From Paecilomyces variotii (Eukaryota), in the NCBI GenBank assembly GCA_004022145.1, contig RCNU01000012.1: a stretch of DNA of 64,000 nucleotides; one strand, given 5' to 3'. The notes beneath the pieces are model-generated. The model was not told the origin of the DNA, did no database searches, and saw only the letters and a list, made by a program, of their open reading frames with translations. Below are positions 52,537 through 64,000 of the stretch, piece by piece; the first letter of the stretch is position 1; the number at the start of each line of letters is the position of its first letter. Position numbers and translations under genes: made by a program.

Positions 52537-53822
52537 GATGGGCGATAGCGGGCGGTATCGCTCTGTACGTTGACTGTCGACGAGGAGTAGGAGAGGAAGT
52601 CGTCGAGAATCAGCCCTCCAACTTTTGCTTGTCCGTTGTGGGATCCGCCCATCGCGTCTAGCCGAATCTGTCGTGGTGCGGTGAGGGCTCGCTTGGAAAT
52701 GCGCTATTCCAGAATGGGCCTCTTAGCGAGAATGCTCGGCTGTTCGGGTAATTGATTTTCCTGTCCCGGATTATCATCACGTGGTGTATATCTATCGCTG
52801 AGAATCGGTGAACTATGAACATCGCTTGAACATCTTGAAGCCTTGAACTCCTTGATCACTGCCCGAGAAAACTTGATCAGCAGAGTGCCAGATGCTGATC
52901 GCCCAATAGTCACTTCTTGGTATCGGCGGCGTTCTCAGCCAGGAAGATCTGCTTTCAGCTGCTAATTCATCCAAGACATTGCTTCCTCAGTACACCCCCG
53001 TGAAGAACGTGTGACAGTTGCCGTCTTGATAAAGTCTGATCAATTCAAGTTCTTATGCTCTGTTCCATCGTTGGTATACGGGTGGACCCCCTGGACTCGG
53101 TCATGACGCTCGTTGTGTCTGCTCGTATCCTTTTAGGCAGGACAGCTCCGACCGTTCCTGTTTCAGCGGACTTCAGCTCTGCGCTTGACTCCAATCGGGC
53201 CCTGTAATGTTCCTTGTTAGGCAATCTTGTTCCTAGTCCGTTGTTCAGTCAGGTAATTCTAGCCTTTCTGCGTATAGTCAACAAAATCCTCTTACCTACA
53301 TGTCAGGGCACCTGTTTCTGGAGGCTTGTGATGGGGTCCTTTCATCGACGGTCGTTGATCTTGGCAGTATGGTTCTCGCCTTGAACATGTCTCCGCACAG
53401 TGCTTAGATCTCCACCAGGTATGGGCCAAGAGCATAGGGTGGTGATCATACAGACGAACTTGCCTTTTTCGAAAGGGCCAAACAAATCTCGAGACCCTTG
53501 TGGCTTTCGCCCTTCATCAAAGCCCATGCCCAGGACTCGATGGTATAGGAGATGGCTTAGCAGCTCTTTGGCTATATGAAATACCTGGTCTGAGAGCCGC
53601 AATGGAGGTCTTCTCTTTTTCCTTTTCATTGCCTTGATACCCAGTGTACTGCCTTGGTTTTCCGTTCTTTCTTTTGCTTCCATAGTCAGCAGTGCTGGTC
53701 TATCTTAACCACCATACTTTCTTTTCCTCTGCCGCGTCTGTGACCGCGCAGTGCTTACACTCATTTTCGATTTGATTCTCATCTTGACGACGTACATATT
53801 CCACTGTCATTCAATTGAGACC

Positions 53823-54977
53823 ATGGCATACTTGAGACTGTATCAACTTCTCATCGGCCTGGTTGCCGTTACTGCAACCCAAGCTGGTAACATCGTCTAC
53901 TGTTTTACTTGCCATGAGCACATGCTAATGGAAGTACAGCTCCAAGCATCTATGGCTGGGACGCACTGGTCCCTCGAGGAGTCCCTGATCCTGTGCGCAA
54001 GTTGACTTTCGTCCCTAGTCACAGGAAAGACAGACGCCAGACTGTAGGCGCTGGGGCAGATGAGGTCATCGAAGCATCGACTTCTGTCAGCGAAAGCGAG
54101 ACAGATGTTGTCAGTGTTGACCAGACCGACGCCGAACTGGAAAAGAAAATTGTCCAGATCCAGGCTGGAAACCAGGCGATTATCACTGAACAGGATGAAT
54201 TACGAGTGCAAAAGTTGGTCACTGTTCAGAAGGTTGGTTGATATATCACGCAGCTATTATTCGCGGAACATCGCTGATTTGGCTTTAGACCACTGTTGTC
54301 CAGGTCGTCCAGCAGGTGGTTGACATCCGTGCGGGAGTTGCTGTTACTTCCTACGCTGTCCGAGAGATCACCAAGGTAGCAGAACAACAAGAGGAAGTCA
54401 CCCAGGTCTTCCAAGGTATGTTCGAATCCTCCCAATACTGTTCTCGACCATAGCTGATGGATGTATAGTGGCCGACGCGAACATTATCACCGTCGGCGCT
54501 GGTAGCTGCGATAACGGTGCCTCTGCAGCGATTCTCGGAACTAGCGCTGCTGCTTCCAGTATCGCTGCGATAGCAACAACCCCAAGCGCACCAGTTGCTG
54601 CCGTTACTACTGCTGCTGCAGCAGCTCCTGTTGTTACTACTACTACACCGCCTGCTGCTGCTGTTACTACTGCTGCTGCTGCTCCTCCTGCTGTTACTAC
54701 TGTTGCTCCTCCTGCTGCTGCTGTTACTACTGCTCCTCCTGCCGCTGCTCCTCCTGCCGCTGCACCTCCTGCTGCTGCACCTCCTGCTGCTGCGCCTCCT
54801 GCCGCTCCTCCTGCTGCTCCCGCTGCTGCTGCTGTCGCGGCTAGAGCAGCTCCTTTCCAGATGAACAACCAAACAATGATGCTGATGCCCGCCCCACCAC
54901 CAATGAAGGCGAACATGCAGGCTGTACCAGACCCTGGTGCTCAGGTTACCGGTGGTATCTGGAGCTGCGGAGTTTAG
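53823..54977 (+). CDS. Putative secreted protein with a Val/Gln-rich middle and an Ala/Pro/Thr repeat tail; 4 exons
   Basis: Signal-peptide-like start MAYLRLYQLLIGLVAVTATQA. Three canonical introns (about 53887-53939, 54232-54288 and 54416-54468) keep the frame into the PAAA repeats. Confidence 0.75.
54590..54835 (+). repeat. Coding tandem repeats (CCTGCTGCTGCTGTTACTACT-like and 15-bp CCTCCTGCTGCTGCN units)
   Basis: Directly visible; they encode AAVTTAA and PPAAA repeats. Confidence 0.85.
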
Positions 54978-55647
54978 AGGATGTGTGCAGGGAATACTTG
55001 ACCTGAAAGAAAACACAGCCATGTTCCTTTTTTCTTCTCTCTCAATTATTGCTGGTTTCGTTGCTGTTTAATTGGACTATGTAACTATCGCGGATGAGCA
55101 TGGACGGGTAGCGTGGGAAGAGATATGTACTCTAGCGGCAGAACCCTTTTTGATCTGGACTACAACTATATGAACGTATATATATCGTGCAAATATTTGA
55201 AAATAGGACCAAATATGATATTAGTCCTTCTTAAGAAAAAAGGCCTATCAACTATATAACAATGAGATATAACTTTGAGCTCTTCATTACTGCGAACTGA
55301 ACTTTATTGAGAGTCATTGGCAGCAGTGCTCAAGCAATAATCTGTACTGAGACATATCCAACCCCTACCTCTCTACCTAACACAAAAAAAAAAAAAAAAC
55401 GCATGAGAATAACTTAGAAATCCATATTGTCTGTACCTATAATATTCAAGGGGGTATATCCAAAACAATACAAAACACACACGATACAAGAACGTCTAGC
55501 GCTCAGCTGATCTCCCCCCTTCAGAAACGACCACCCAAAATACGCAGAGAGGGAACACAATGCCCGCCATCCCTTATGAGCATAAGAAGTACGCGCGCTA
55601 TTCCAACAAAACACTAACCACCAATAACAGACAAAGAAGCGAAGCCA

Positions 55648-56233
55648 TCACAGCGCAAACGCAAGAGCCAAAACGCCCGCGATGCCAGCGACGCTTCCAG
55701 CAATGAATCCCGTCGGAGCCGGCGCCAGCGCAGCATTCGCCGACGACGACCCCGTTGCAGCAGCGGTAGCATTAGCACTGGCACTGGCACCGGTAGCAGT
55801 AGCAGCGGCCGTGTTGATGACGGCCGTTGAGACATACGCCTTCACATCCGGAGGAAGACTCGAGTACCAGGCGGGGGTAGAGCCGGCCTTGATGGCGCTG
55901 ATGTAGGACGAACGGTATGCGGAGTCGGTGGCCAGGCCGTCGAGAACGGAGGATGGCACGGCCGTCTCCAGGACGGAGAGGACGGATGGTGGGATCGAGT
56001 TGGTGGGCAGTGAGGGGAAGCTTATCTCGCTGGGGAAGCTTGTGATAGCGGCGCTGTGTACGAGAAAGTGAAGTTAGTGTTGCGACTTCTTACTTGAAGG
56101 AAGAAGTTGTGATGATAATTGCTGTGTGACTGACTTACATGTTAAGACTTGATTCCTCGGCTCTCTTCTCGACGCCTTCCTGGGCGAAAGCGATAGTCGA
56201 GAAGAGGAGGATTGCGATGGATTTGAGTTGCAT
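55648..56233 (-). CDS. Small GPI-anchored Ser/Thr/Ala-rich cell-surface protein, 2 exons
   Basis: Signal MQLKSIAILLFSTIAFA, intron 56138-56054, TPAWYSSLPPDVKAYV motif, and a hydrophobic C-terminal GPI-like signal. Confidence 0.85.
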
Positions 56234-57694
56234 CGTGATGGTATTCTTTCTTTTTTTGTATTAAATGATAAAATGATATTCTCTTTGTGAAGAAGATCCG
56301 ATATTTCGTATAACAGATAGTATAGTATATTCAATCCCTATTCTGTCAGGTACACTCAACACAGCAGGATGAAGTACGTAGTAAAAAACAGATATGCGAT
56401 GCGACAGTAATAAGAAACTAGCTAAGTACGGATCCCCCGAATTCGGTCAAGCATTAATTAAATAAATCCTCTCATACAGGAGGCGTCAAAAATAAAAAAA
56501 ATAGCAGAACTTTGTTCCGATCCATGGTCCGTCCAATGGCTGATAATCTAACGGAATTAGAAACAACACCAGGGGCGCAACGGTCGGTGGCGGTTGCATT
56601 AATATTATTGTAGGGGTCCGCCGTCTCATGGTACCGAGCATTCGGAGTCTGGAACCGAGTGGGCAGGTCTACGTTACCATCAAGGCTGTGCAGGCTGTCT
56701 TTTGTTCTGTCTCAGCCGGACGGGCCGAGGGGGGAAGAGAAGGTGAAGAAGTAAGCAACCTACTGCTGTGCTGGCAGCTCGAAGGATGTAAGACAAAACA
56801 AGAAATAGATAACTACAGGAGAGACACCCCTCCATCAGCACGAAAGGGTGAATGACCATCGAAGTAAGCCCTCATAGTCGCAGGGAAATTGCAGATCTCC
56901 AACGCGCGAATCGCCCTAAGAGGAGATGATCTGCTGAGTCTTCTAAGCTCGTGTTGGTCTTACAATAATTTTGATAATTAATATGACTATAATAATACGA
57001 TGCGAGAATATGATGGAACAATCTCTCGTGTCTCTGTCGAAACAAAAACTTCTCTCTCCCAAAGTATCTACTATCTTGTTGTTCTTGCGGATCTCGAAAG
57101 TTTTCCAATAATAGAATATGTCATTCCGCCTCCTTTTCGGAGTACCATACAACCCGGTGGATCCGAACCAGCCTTGTAGTCACTCAGTCGGGTGTCTGAA
57201 TTAGAACCAGACGCTAGACAGAACGTAAGAGTGATAATTATGGTAGGTTATGAATTACCGGTGCAGGTGCCGGTGGAAGACTGAAAGGCAATTGATTAAA
57301 TGTTCCCCTATTTCTTGCAAGAGATGTCCAGATGTCTGAACTGCCATTGCATTGTTTAACATCGCACTGAAGCATCTTTCTGTCCTATCTCGAGTGACGG
57401 AAGAGCGTGGTTAAATTGATCAAATGTACAGTACTAGGACCTGGCCTGAAGAGTTGATTAGAATCCGATACGCGTCATACTTCCTATGTCAGACTGTGTG
57501 TATACACATGGGTTTCTTCAATACACCAAGTTCCATGGAGGGTAAACAGCGCGAACTAGCTAGAGAATCTAAGTCATTAATACCTCAAGAAGTAATAAGT
57601 ACAGCAAGGAACTTTCTGTTTCTATATTGTCCCCAGTCAACAATGACGATGTCACAGTGCGCGGCCAAGTATACAGGTAACCATAGTAGTGATC

Positions 57695-58831
57695 CTACCT
57701 ATCAAGGGCCCTATAGATCTCTTCAACATAGGCCCCTGTGTTAGCATTGCCCAGAGTTCCAGATGCCATCTTGTTCATTGCATAGCCGATAGTCATCTGG
57801 CGATCCAGATCCATAATTATCGTTGAGCCTCCCCAGCCTCCCCAGAAGCAAACACGACCTTGCGGTATCCCAGATATCGTCTCTGGCGCTGGTAGACCGA
57901 CCCCTAGGCCGAATCGCAGAGATTTCCCAAGTACGAGATCCTGGCCATTGATCCGCTCCTGGATCATCTGCTCGATAGTTTCCTGCGAGAGATACGTCTT
58001 ACCATCTCGAGTACCTCCCAATGATATCACTGACCCAATACGGCACAGAGAGCGCGCATTTCCGAAACCGTTCGAAGCACCGATCTCCGCATTTCTAAAC
58101 TCGAGCGACATGGACTCCTCCGCTTCTATCACGGCCCCAATGAAAGCTCTGCGGGCGACGCTTTCTGGGCTAAGCCGGTCCAATGCCATAGGCGGAGGAG
58201 GAGTTATATCTGCCGTACGCGACCAGTCCTTTTGCTCTAATCCGAGACGGAAATCCGCTCCTAGCGGTTCAGCAATTTCTTCGGTGATGAATTGCTTCAA
58301 TGATTTTCCAGTCGTGCGTCGCACCAGCTCGCCTATCAGATGTCCATGAGTGACCAGCTGATACCCGGAGGATTGACCAGGAGTCCACCAGGGTGCCTGC
58401 TGCGCCAGTTTTTCAGTTGATTTTGGTGTATCACAGATCTCCTGAAATGTAATGGGCGGCTCCCATGAGGGAAGACCAGATGTATGACTGAGGACATGGC
58501 CCACTGTAATGTTCTCCTTGCCATTGGCAGCGAACTCAGGCCAGTATTTCGATACTTTCTCATCAGGATCCAGAACGCCGCGATCGATGAGAATAGCCGC
58601 AGCTAGTGCGCAGACGACCTTGGAGCAGGACCAGACCACTGTGAGGGTGTCTTCCTCCCACGGTCGAGTCTTTGCTGGATCAGCGTGGCCGCCCCAGAGG
58701 TCAATCACGGTCTCTCCCTTGATGTCTACACAGAGAGAGGCTCCGAGCTCTTCGCCTTGGGCGATGCGTTCTTGGAAAATGCGACGAACATGGTCGAATT
58801 CGGGCTTGCATAAGCCATGTATCTCAGCCAT
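57695..58831 (-). CDS. Beta-lactamase-family serine hydrolase/esterase (EstB-like), 378 aa
   Basis: SxxK motif WSCSK, LSHTSGL, GYQ tyrosine and WGGWGGS; intronless ORF. Confidence 0.9.
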   Translation of the reverse strand: MAEIHGLCKPEFDHVRRIFQERIAQGEELGASLCVDIKGETVIDLWGGHADPAKTRPWEEDTLTVVWSCSKVVCALAAAILIDRGVLDPDEKVSKYWPEFAANGKENITVGHVLSHTSGLPSWEPPITFQEICDTPKSTEKLAQQAPWWTPGQSSGYQLVTHGHLIGELVRRTTGKSLKQFITEEIAEPLGADFRLGLEQKDWSRTADITPPPPMALDRLSPESVARRAFIGAVIEAEESMSLEFRNAEIGASNGFGNARSLCRIGSVISLGGTRDGKTYLSQETIEQMIQERINGQDLVLGKSLRFGLGVGLPAPETISGIPQGRVCFWGGWGGSTIIMDLDRQMTIGYAMNKMASGTLGNANTGAYVEEIYRALDR

Positions 58832-59459
58832 GACGCAGTGGCAGCAAAAAAAGGCGAGAAAGGATTATTGCGACAAACTAGAGTATTAATATTGCCCGAG
58901 AGATGACAGAGAATTATTTACTGATCTTTGAAAAAATGTCGAAAGGAGATTGATTTGCGAGATATAAACCGGTCGTTCGTTATGCAGGTGCCTAGTCAAA
59001 TAATAATGTATTACTTCGTTCACCCCTAGGAACTTTCGTAGTACCGCGAAGCGGGGCCATATTGGCTCTAATAATCTATGCAACGTGGTAGCCTAATAGT
59101 AACACCAGATAGGTAATTATAGAAGAGAGAGAGAAGAGAGTATATTTAGACTTCGATATAATATACAACACATTAATTATGAACTCCTAATACTAGTAGC
59201 GCCTCCCAGTTCGACTAAAGACACGACGTACAGCAAACAACAGTACGTCTCACATATGATATGTTTTTCGTAATCGATCATTTCATTCCATCCCGTCCAT
59301 GCCACAAAAGCGCCTTTTGTTCTCTTTTCCATCTTTTAAAACTGGCACCAGTACCAGGTAGATCAGATAGTGGTATCTTCCCACAATCCTGGCAAGCTGT
59401 AACCTGATGCACTGCTTGTATCATTACCCCGCGACAGCTGTTCAAACTCGGTAAACAGC

Positions 59460-59768
59460 TCAAGCGCCACCTTCGCGCTTCGCGTATTCATCCTCAATGT
59501 TTTCCGCGTAGAGTCGATCGGCCTCTTCCTTGCTCAGGCTCTGGTTGCTGGAGGGGTTCTCGAGCAGATCGCCGTTCTCAGCTGCGTGGTAGCCGGGCGC
59601 GGTGACGGTGCCACCGCTGCCTGTACCAGGAAGACGAGTGTTGCCATTTCGCGGGATGGAGGCGAGGGCTTCGAGAGATGCGGTGCCGATGCTGCCCTGG
59701 TCACGGACGGTCTTGTCCTCGGGACCGTTGGGGTCGTGGTCGGGGAGAGTAGGCATGGGAACTGGCAT
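59460..59768 (-). CDS. Small conserved fungal hydrophilic protein (102 aa)
   Basis: C-terminus EEADRLYAENIEDEYAKREGGA, a motif seen in small ascomycete hypothetical proteins. Confidence 0.75.
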   Translation of the reverse strand: MPVPMPTLPDHDPNGPEDKTVRDQGSIGTASLEALASIPRNGNTRLPGTGSGGTVTAPGYHAAENGDLLENPSSNQSLSKEEADRLYAENIEDEYAKREGGA

Positions 59769-60699
59769 TTTGGATGATTGTCTTGAGAGGGGAATCTGAG
59801 TGGAAAGTTGGAAAGTTGGAAGCTTTCAGTGTCCTAGGTTCTTGGGATCTTGGCTCTGAATATGGGACTCTGAATGATCAAACGGACGAGATTCAAGCTC
59901 GTATATATACAGAGATGTTAGTGACTGAAGACTGTCGTTCAAATCTGAGAAGAATGGTTATAAGTGACTCAGATGGCGGAAGCAGTGGCGATATGTTGGA
60001 TGAACAACGTCATCTGCTACTGGATACCTAGGTACAAACAGCCGCCAAGAGAGGCGAAGCAGCTTCTTGATTTGATTAACTAGAGAGCTTCTAGAGAAGT
60101 AATTGCTAGAGACGCCAGGAACCGTAAAAACAAGCTGCTAAACGTTATGTCCAATCTCGTATCTCGTTGCTGCGCCTCACGAGCTCGTAGCTCACCACAA
60201 CAGGTCACTAGCCACGACGCGTATATCGCCTCCCGAGACTCGCAGCTGCGCCTCAAGCTCCCAACATCTAACGCACTGCAATCACAAGATATTCATCATT
60301 ATCTACCATGCATCCATCTTATCATACTACATCACTACATCTTCTTCTCCAACCGCCAGCATATAGCTGACAGACTGATGAAAAAGAGAAAATTGTTTTC
60401 CACATGGTGGAAGGTGCCAAAGAATACGCCTGCCAATGACCCGAAGGCCGTTGGACGGGTTGTTCCTCCGCGCTGTGCAATGCAGGGACCAACCCGTGGT
60501 GGACCGCCTTCATGATCGCAGCCACCCAAACAAGGTAAGTATGAAGAAGAAAAGAAAAAAAGCGCTCAAGGGCGCGGGAGACGCTGTTTATATATCTGAC
60601 GGTGGGGAATACGAGATGGCACTAGTGTAAGCGAGATTGAATAATCGCATATTATTGGCTATGTTTCAGAACAGATTTTTGTGCAAATGGTGGGAATCG

Positions 60700-60842
60700 C
60701 CGCCATATTGCATACTCACGTGATGGGTCGAATGGGACAGCCACGAGAAGTTGCCGCGGCTGCAGTTTTCCTAGCTTCAGATGAGAGTAGTTTTTCGACA
60801 GGAATGGAACTGCGAGTTGGCGGAGGCCATGCCGAGCTCCAA
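60700..60842 (+). pseudogene. C-terminal remnant of a short-chain dehydrogenase/reductase
   Basis: [35 protein letters not shown] is a typical SDR C-terminus. No upstream TGxxxGIG or YxxxK was found. Confidence 0.65.
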
Positions 60843-61372
60843 CATCCACCGAAAACTTCTCGGTTCTGAGGAGTCACGGGCAAAGTACGAGCACATAAAC
60901 ATGGCTAATGAGTTATACTCTGGTTTCGAGGACTTCTGATAGTCTCAGACATGAGTAGTAGTACCTGATGAACTTCATATTCTTAGGACATCATACACAG
61001 CGTGTACGGGTAGTAGAGATGGATACTACACGAAGGACAAAGCTACATAAGACGAGACGTCGATGATCGGTCGTCGATTGGTATAACTACGAGGTTTGTC
61101 TCTATACATGCCCCAAGGTATCTAGACTGCATGCATCATTCACACGGGAAAGCCGTGACCAGTGAGAAAGGAATATTTCCACCCAGCTATTTGCTCACAA
61201 GTTCAGGGACCAGTCGAAATATCGAGGAACAAGATACCACGCCCTAAACTATAAACGCTGTAATCGCAAATGGATATTGCAAAGCAGTCCGGCAGGAACA
61301 CCGGAAGAGATCGAACGCCTGGTCAAAAAGCGATGCTGGACCCGTCAAGACGGGTGGCATGCAAAGAGGAAT

Positions 61373-64000
61373 TTACTCAGAGCTCAGAGCAAGACAAGCA
61401 TCCACGGCCAAACCGACTCTAGAACAAGACAAGTTAGCCAATGCTTCGTCAGGAGGTCGCGATGCCACTGGCTGACTTACCTGCCCTCCTTCATCTTGAC
61501 GACATCATCGATCACATCCTTATCCAAGTTTGGGAACATACCCGAAAGCGTTCTGGGTGACTGTCAGCATCCTGCACTGCAGGTAAAAAGGTAACTGCAC
61601 ATACTCTACAACGTCATTGTGTTCGGCACGTTGTATCCTCCGGGCTTCCGCGACTTCAGCACTAGCTTGTCGCGCAGCAGCCTCTTGGGCATCGATGGAC
61701 CCAGGAGACTGTCGTGGCGCTGCTGTCCGTGGCCGTTCACCGGATCTTCGCTCTTCGACACTGCTGCGTGGGGGTTGATAGACCGCTGGAGAGAGTCTCG
61801 GGGAGGTACCCGGCCGAGGAGACGTGGCTGGCTGCGTTAGCCCAGTCTCCTCAGTGAATATCCTCCCGATCGTAGACAGCGGTTTCTGAATCGTCCGTAA
61901 CAAGCCCGCAACAGGCGCACTCTCCTCGTCACTGGATTGAGCCGCATCCCTTCTACGGGAAGATGGCTCTGCTTCGAGCGAAGTTCGCGGTGTCAATTCC
62001 GATCCACTGGAGACGGACTTCTCTAGCGGTCTAGAATCTAGTGACGAACGGGCCTGGGCTTCGGCTTGTCTATTTTGTTCAGCAATGGCGGAGACGGCAG
62101 CTTCCACATTCCGCTCGAATTCCTCATCGCTAACAGTCAAGCTCGTGCGATCGAGAGTCTCGATAAACTGGATGGCTCCAGACTGCACATGATTAGCGTG
62201 TTTGTTCAGCCGTACTGAACAGTGTTGCGACGTACTAGTGAAGATAGGTAGTAACCAGCTTCTCCGCCGAGCTTTTCCTGGTTACGGAATCGAAGAATAT
62301 ATTGAACGTTGGAGACCAGATGCTCGGGATTTGCCTGTAGAACTACGTAGATCAACATCGGCATGAACGAGTCTGCTGAAGTATCGGCACTCTTTGAGTT
62401 TCGCAATAGGCCTGCCATCAATCCAATGAGTCAAGTGCCAGGACAGAATCAAGCGTGTGCGTTCTCACCAAAGATGACCTTGCAGCAATTCAAAATGCAA
62501 ATAACCTTGTCACGGGGTGCCCGATACCCTTTGATCTTTAACAACTCTGTAAATAATGTCAGAAGAGTCACCGGCCAAGCAAATAGAGAGAGTCTTCTAA
62601 CCTTGCTGCGCCAGATTCAAAAAGCGACGACCGTGTGGACCGACCGGCGATATGTCTAGATGCTCCTCTCTTATCCAACTGTAAATTCGAATCTTCTGTG
62701 CCAGAATCTCATCACGCTCAACATCCTCCTGATGTTGGCCGCGTCTTCCCGGGCCTAGTAACTTCTCTATATCCTTGCGCTTGCCTTTGCTGGAGTTCCT
62801 CGTAGGAGTAGGAGGCGGTGGTATCGCCGGTGAGAATGTCTGCGAATATAATCTGTTCATCACCAGCTTCTCCATGCCTTCCTTAGCATTATCGAATTCT
62901 GCGTCAGACACGTTCCTCCACACTTCACACTGAGCCATCTTGTTGGTGATGAAAGCCAGAAAATCGCTAATTATCTTGACTTGCTCGTGGACCATCCACT
63001 GCTTCTTCCCGAATTCATTGAGGAAGGAACGGAGAAACTTGGCTACCGGATCTGCAGTGCGGTGACGCAGTTGGTCCAAGAAACGATGAAAGTCGAAAGG
63101 CTGATCAGGCTCAGCCGGCGGGGGTGGCCCTATGGAGGTCGCAGAGAGTGGTGTCATCGGTGGTGCTTCTGGCATAGGCCCCTTGTGCGGTGATGGTTTC
63201 GGGGGCACGACGGGGGCAGAAAATGTCTGAATACTAGGAGGTCGCTTGGGCTGCTGAGCATTGTCGCCGCCTTTGGGATGCTCCAGACTAGACCCTCGGG
63301 GAGGAAACTGTCTGGGAGCACCGAGAAACTGTTCCGCCAACTCAAGTCGGGGGGACATGACTTCCTCCGTTCGCACTCCAGATTCATCCCCAAATTGGTC
63401 CATTATACTTTGTATCTCCGACTGCGAATCGTCACCCTTCCCGGCTCCGGGTTCAGCCTCCTGTTTGTCATCCATGCCACTATCCTTAGGCACGTCCGGT
63501 AACTCCTTCTCGGCGTAGTCAGAAAGCTTCCCCGGGGATATTGGCGATTGCGGAATCATTGGTGTTTTGGGGGTAGGGTCGAGATACGGCTGGTCCTTTT
63601 CGGGCGGTGGAGGAGGGCGCGCATCCAGGGAACTGTCGATACGCAGCGGTCCCGGCCTCTTCTCGGAGACAGAGAGCTCATCGACTTGTCTCGCAAGTGC
63701 TTCCGCCTGGACATTTGATGTCTCGACGGTTGTGGTAGAGGCAGTCACAACGGCGGGACCATGAGCGTACTGTTGCGGCGTACTTTTCGAAATAGTCGTC
63801 GTCTCCGCAGCTTGTCCAACGCTGGAGTCATCCTGCGGCGGCGGCGGCGGCGCCTCATCCTGGGATTCCTTCAACGACTCTCGAGACTCCGCGGGGACTG
63901 TTGTTTCTTCACGCATATTTCCCTCATGTTGTTGTGTTTCTGTATCGTTCGCTTTCTCCTCAGGAACCGAGGAAGACGTGGGGATGTCTGGGGCAGACAT
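61373..64000 (-). CDS. VPS9: Rab5/Vps21 guanine-nucleotide exchange factor Vps9 with a C-terminal CUE domain, multi-exon; ATG at the window edge
   Basis: FDFHRFLDQLR, EGMEKLVMNRLY, YRAPRDKVICILNCCKVIF, SADSFMPMLIYVVL, GEAGYYLSSL, and CUE MFPNLDKDVI..AVDACLALSSE*. Confidence 0.95.

Noticed and set aside
1-64000. Starship element, CRISPR array, rRNA or secondary-metabolite cluster
   Set aside because: I saw no tyrosine-recombinase captain gene, repeat-spacer array, rDNA or PKS/NRPS.

Overview
Eukaryotic DNA from a filamentous ascomycete. The intron-rich genes have GT..CTRAC..YAG introns, and the proteins look like those of Eurotiales (Aspergillus/Paecilomyces/Talaromyces-like). A gene-dense, roughly 50% GC background is interrupted by a 16.2-kb AT-rich island (4822-21009). 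The island is a RIP-mutated Ty3/Gypsy LTR retrotransposon (139-bp LTRs, TSD TTAAG) with a second full-length Gypsy chromovirus (432-bp LTRs, TSD CTAGA) nested in its gag. Reading through the RIP damage, both elements carry extra genes that the ORF track misses. The inner element has a spliced antisense gene of about 400 codons with a KRKR motif and a six-cysteine Zn-cluster-like motif. The outer element has a sense ORF of about 360 codons after pol. Both LTR pairs show a RIP gradient in which the outer ends are spared. Host genes are a conserved hypothetical protein, an MBL-fold hydrolase, two F-box proteins, glutamate decarboxylase, tRNA-Ala(TGC), tRNA-Arg(ACG), SDO1/SBDS, carboxypeptidase Y, RPS18, two secreted/cell-wall proteins, a beta-lactamase-family hydrolase, Vps9 and several small proteins. 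There are also three decayed host genes (Gre2-like reductase, Utr2/Crh-like GH16, SDR fragment). Exon boundaries were read by eye and may be off by a few bases.
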